DNA of 43,801 nucleotides from Gammaproteobacteria bacterium. Its GTDB lineage: Bacteria; Pseudomonadota; Gammaproteobacteria; Pseudomonadales; Litorivicinaceae. The notes beneath the pieces are model-generated. The model had not been told where the DNA came from and made no database searches. It was given only the letters and a program-made list of their open reading frames with translations. Location: positions 1 through 43,801 of the forward strand of contig JAYNIS010000001.1 in assembly GCA_038109325.1 (NCBI GenBank), in the 5' to 3' direction. Both the position numbers and the translations under genes were made by a program. Position 1 is the first letter of the stretch, and the number at the start of each line of letters is the position of its first letter. This document shows, piece after piece, positions 42,442 to 43,801 of this stretch.

Positions 42442-42581
42442 ATTGATCTCCTTTGTTAAAGGATGACTTTTAGGTGGCAACAACACAAGGTAGCCAATGC
42501 TAAATGTGGTCTGAAGCGAATCATTGAGCGTTGTTTGAAGCGAGATTCAACGAGACCGGCGATTGTCGCGTCACACGCTAA

Positions 42582-42609
42582 CTTGTAAAACATGCGGTCA
42601 CTCCCCATT
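42582..42609 (+). promoter_or_regulatory. Candidate sigma-32 (RpoH) promoter of the DUF393 gene
   Basis: CTTGTA(42582)-15 bp-CCCCATT(42603), versus the RpoH consensus CTTGAA-N13-15-CCCCATnT. Confidence 0.6.
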
Positions 42610-42617
42610 CCAAGGGT

Positions 42618-43007
42618 ATGGAGCGACTGACTGTTTTATACAATGACCAATGTCCGGTATGTTCGTTTGAGATCGAACACTATCGAGCATTTTGTCTTAA
42701 AAGAGGCATTGACTTGGGCTTTGAAAAGATTTCAGACCGGGGACCGATGCTGCAAGCTGTAGGGTTATCTCTAACCGATGCCAAGAAACGACTTCATGTG
42801 CGCACTCACGATGGGAACGTGATGGTTGGTGTCGATGCGTTCCTCGCTCTCTGGGCTGAAATGCCTATCTACAAATATTTCGGACGACTTGTCGGAATTT
42901 CTGGAGTCTATCATTTGGCGGTGATTGCCTATGACCACGTACTCGCGCCCCTTCTTTTTTGGTGGGACAAGCGCCGATTAAATTGCGACGATAGCTCATG
43001 TAGCTGA
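42618..43007 (+). CDS. DUF393/DCC1-like thiol-disulfide oxidoreductase family protein
   Basis: VLYNDQCPVC CxxC motif, RLHV..DG...GVDAF..LW and AYDHVLAP. Confidence 0.88.
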   Translation: MERLTVLYNDQCPVCSFEIEHYRAFCLKRGIDLGFEKISDRGPMLQAVGLSLTDAKKRLHVRTHDGNVMVGVDAFLALWAEMPIYKYFGRLVGISGVYHLAVIAYDHVLAPLLFWWDKRRLNCDDSSCS

Positions 43008-43106
43008 GACAGCGAGTTAATCAATCGATGTTGCAATTGCGACATCATTGCCTGAGCTCGTAGCATTTGAAGTGCTTCATCTAATGCCGAGAATACAAGT
43101 CTCGAT

Positions 43107-43801
43107 TTAGCAACTACGTCGCACCGATATCCTGCCAACAGCCTCGCCGCGTGCTGTTGTAACCACTGGCTTCCTGACATTATCTGGAAGACGATCGACG
43201 ATGTCTTTTTCACCAATTCCGCGAAGCAACTCAACCACCAGTGCCTCCTGGCCTCGCAGTGAGCCATCTTCGCACTTCAGTGCAAATCCAATTTCTCGAT
43301 CAGCGATAGCACCTAAATAGACGCCTTCGGCACCCATCTTAACCTGCAAGCGTCCTCGTCCTGCCTCGAGAAGTTGAGTGTCCAATCGATCTGACCCGGC
43401 AACCATAAAAGGTGCGCTTGCTTGTGCGTTGCGTAGTCTGCGAGCGGCCGCGTTGAATTCATCTGAAAATCGCTCAGCCCCAAGCTTTGCGAATCCAAGT
43501 GCCATAACATCCAACGGAAGTGCATAGGTTGGAACAGAGCAACCATCAGATGCGTGGTCGAGTGAATTCGCATCGACCCCGAAAATCAGACTCATATGCT
43601 CTCGGATTTTGGCTTGAAGCGGGTGGTCGTATGCAGTGTATCCATTGGTTTTCCAGCCAACATGTTTACATACCGATAACATGCCTGTGTGTTTCCCGGA
43701 GCAACAGTGATGGAGTTGGGTTGCAGTGACATGGTCATGGCTAAGCTTTAAACGCACAGGCTCAGTGAATGGAAGTGTGACGCCGCACTCAAGGTCGCCA
43801 A
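43107..43801 (-). CDS. Class 3 (Rhizobium etli AnsA-type, asparaginase II family) L-asparaginase homologue, 5' end outside the window
   Basis: Frame is open to the window edge (..GDLECGVTLPF..); CSGKH, HPLQ, DGCSVP, KMGAEG and ALKCEDG motifs. Confidence 0.88.
   Translation of the reverse strand, partial: GDLECGVTLPFTEPVRLKLSHDHVTATQLHHCCSGKHTGMLSVCKHVGWKTNGYTAYDHPLQAKIREHMSLIFGVDANSLDHASDGCSVPTYALPLDVMALGFAKLGAERFSDEFNAAARRLRNAQASAPFMVAGSDRLDTQLLEAGRGRLQVKMGAEGVYLGAIADREIGFALKCEDGSLRGQEALVVELLRGIGEKDIVDRLPDNVRKPVVTTARGEAVGRISVRRSC

Noticed and set aside
42556-42570. CCGGC-GATT-GTCGC resembling a RegA/RoxR site upstream of DUF393
   Set aside because: Short, degenerate and off-consensus; cannot be distinguished from chance
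43005-43061. UGA followed by a stem-loop after a Cys-rich tail, a possible selenocysteine/SECIS signal
   Set aside because: The apical loop is AAUU with no G, the UGA is not in a conserved redox motif, and there is no sel gene evidence in the window

Overview
This is a gene-dense core-genome segment of a gammaproteobacterium with Pseudomonas/Oceanospirillales-like gene order. Very short or overlapping intergenic gaps suggest a streamlined genome (inference). Gene order: end of the mla operon (mlaD'-mlaC-mlaB)-ibaG-murA-hisG-hisD-hisC; degS/algW; Nif3-like; zapG; alpha/beta hydrolase-zapE; rplM-rpsI; petABC; sspAB; dolP-diaA-like-lpoA; rsmI; RNase P RNA (rnpB); a complete dcw cluster (mraZ to ftsZ) plus lpxC; dciA; secA-argJ-mutT/TenI fusion; yacG-coaE; DUF393; and a 5'-truncated class 3 (Rhizobium-type) asparaginase. 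I found no mobile element, CRISPR array, tRNA, rRNA or defence island, and I cannot support a wholly new multi-gene system here. The best leads are subtle. (1) FtsL, FtsA and FtsZ each carry a substitution at a position that in E. coli controls divisome activation or ZipA/FtsN dependence, suggesting a naturally primed divisome. (2) A second, inverted MraZ-box array lies directly behind rnpB, mirroring the operator at the mraZ promoter. (3) The GmhA/DiaA-family protein is catalytically degenerate. (4) A sigma-32-like promoter appears to drive a near-leaderless DUF393 redox gene. (5) The asparaginase has an Asn-to-Cys change in its Zn motif. Residue comparisons with E. coli and Pseudomonas are by-eye alignments to remembered sequences and need verification.
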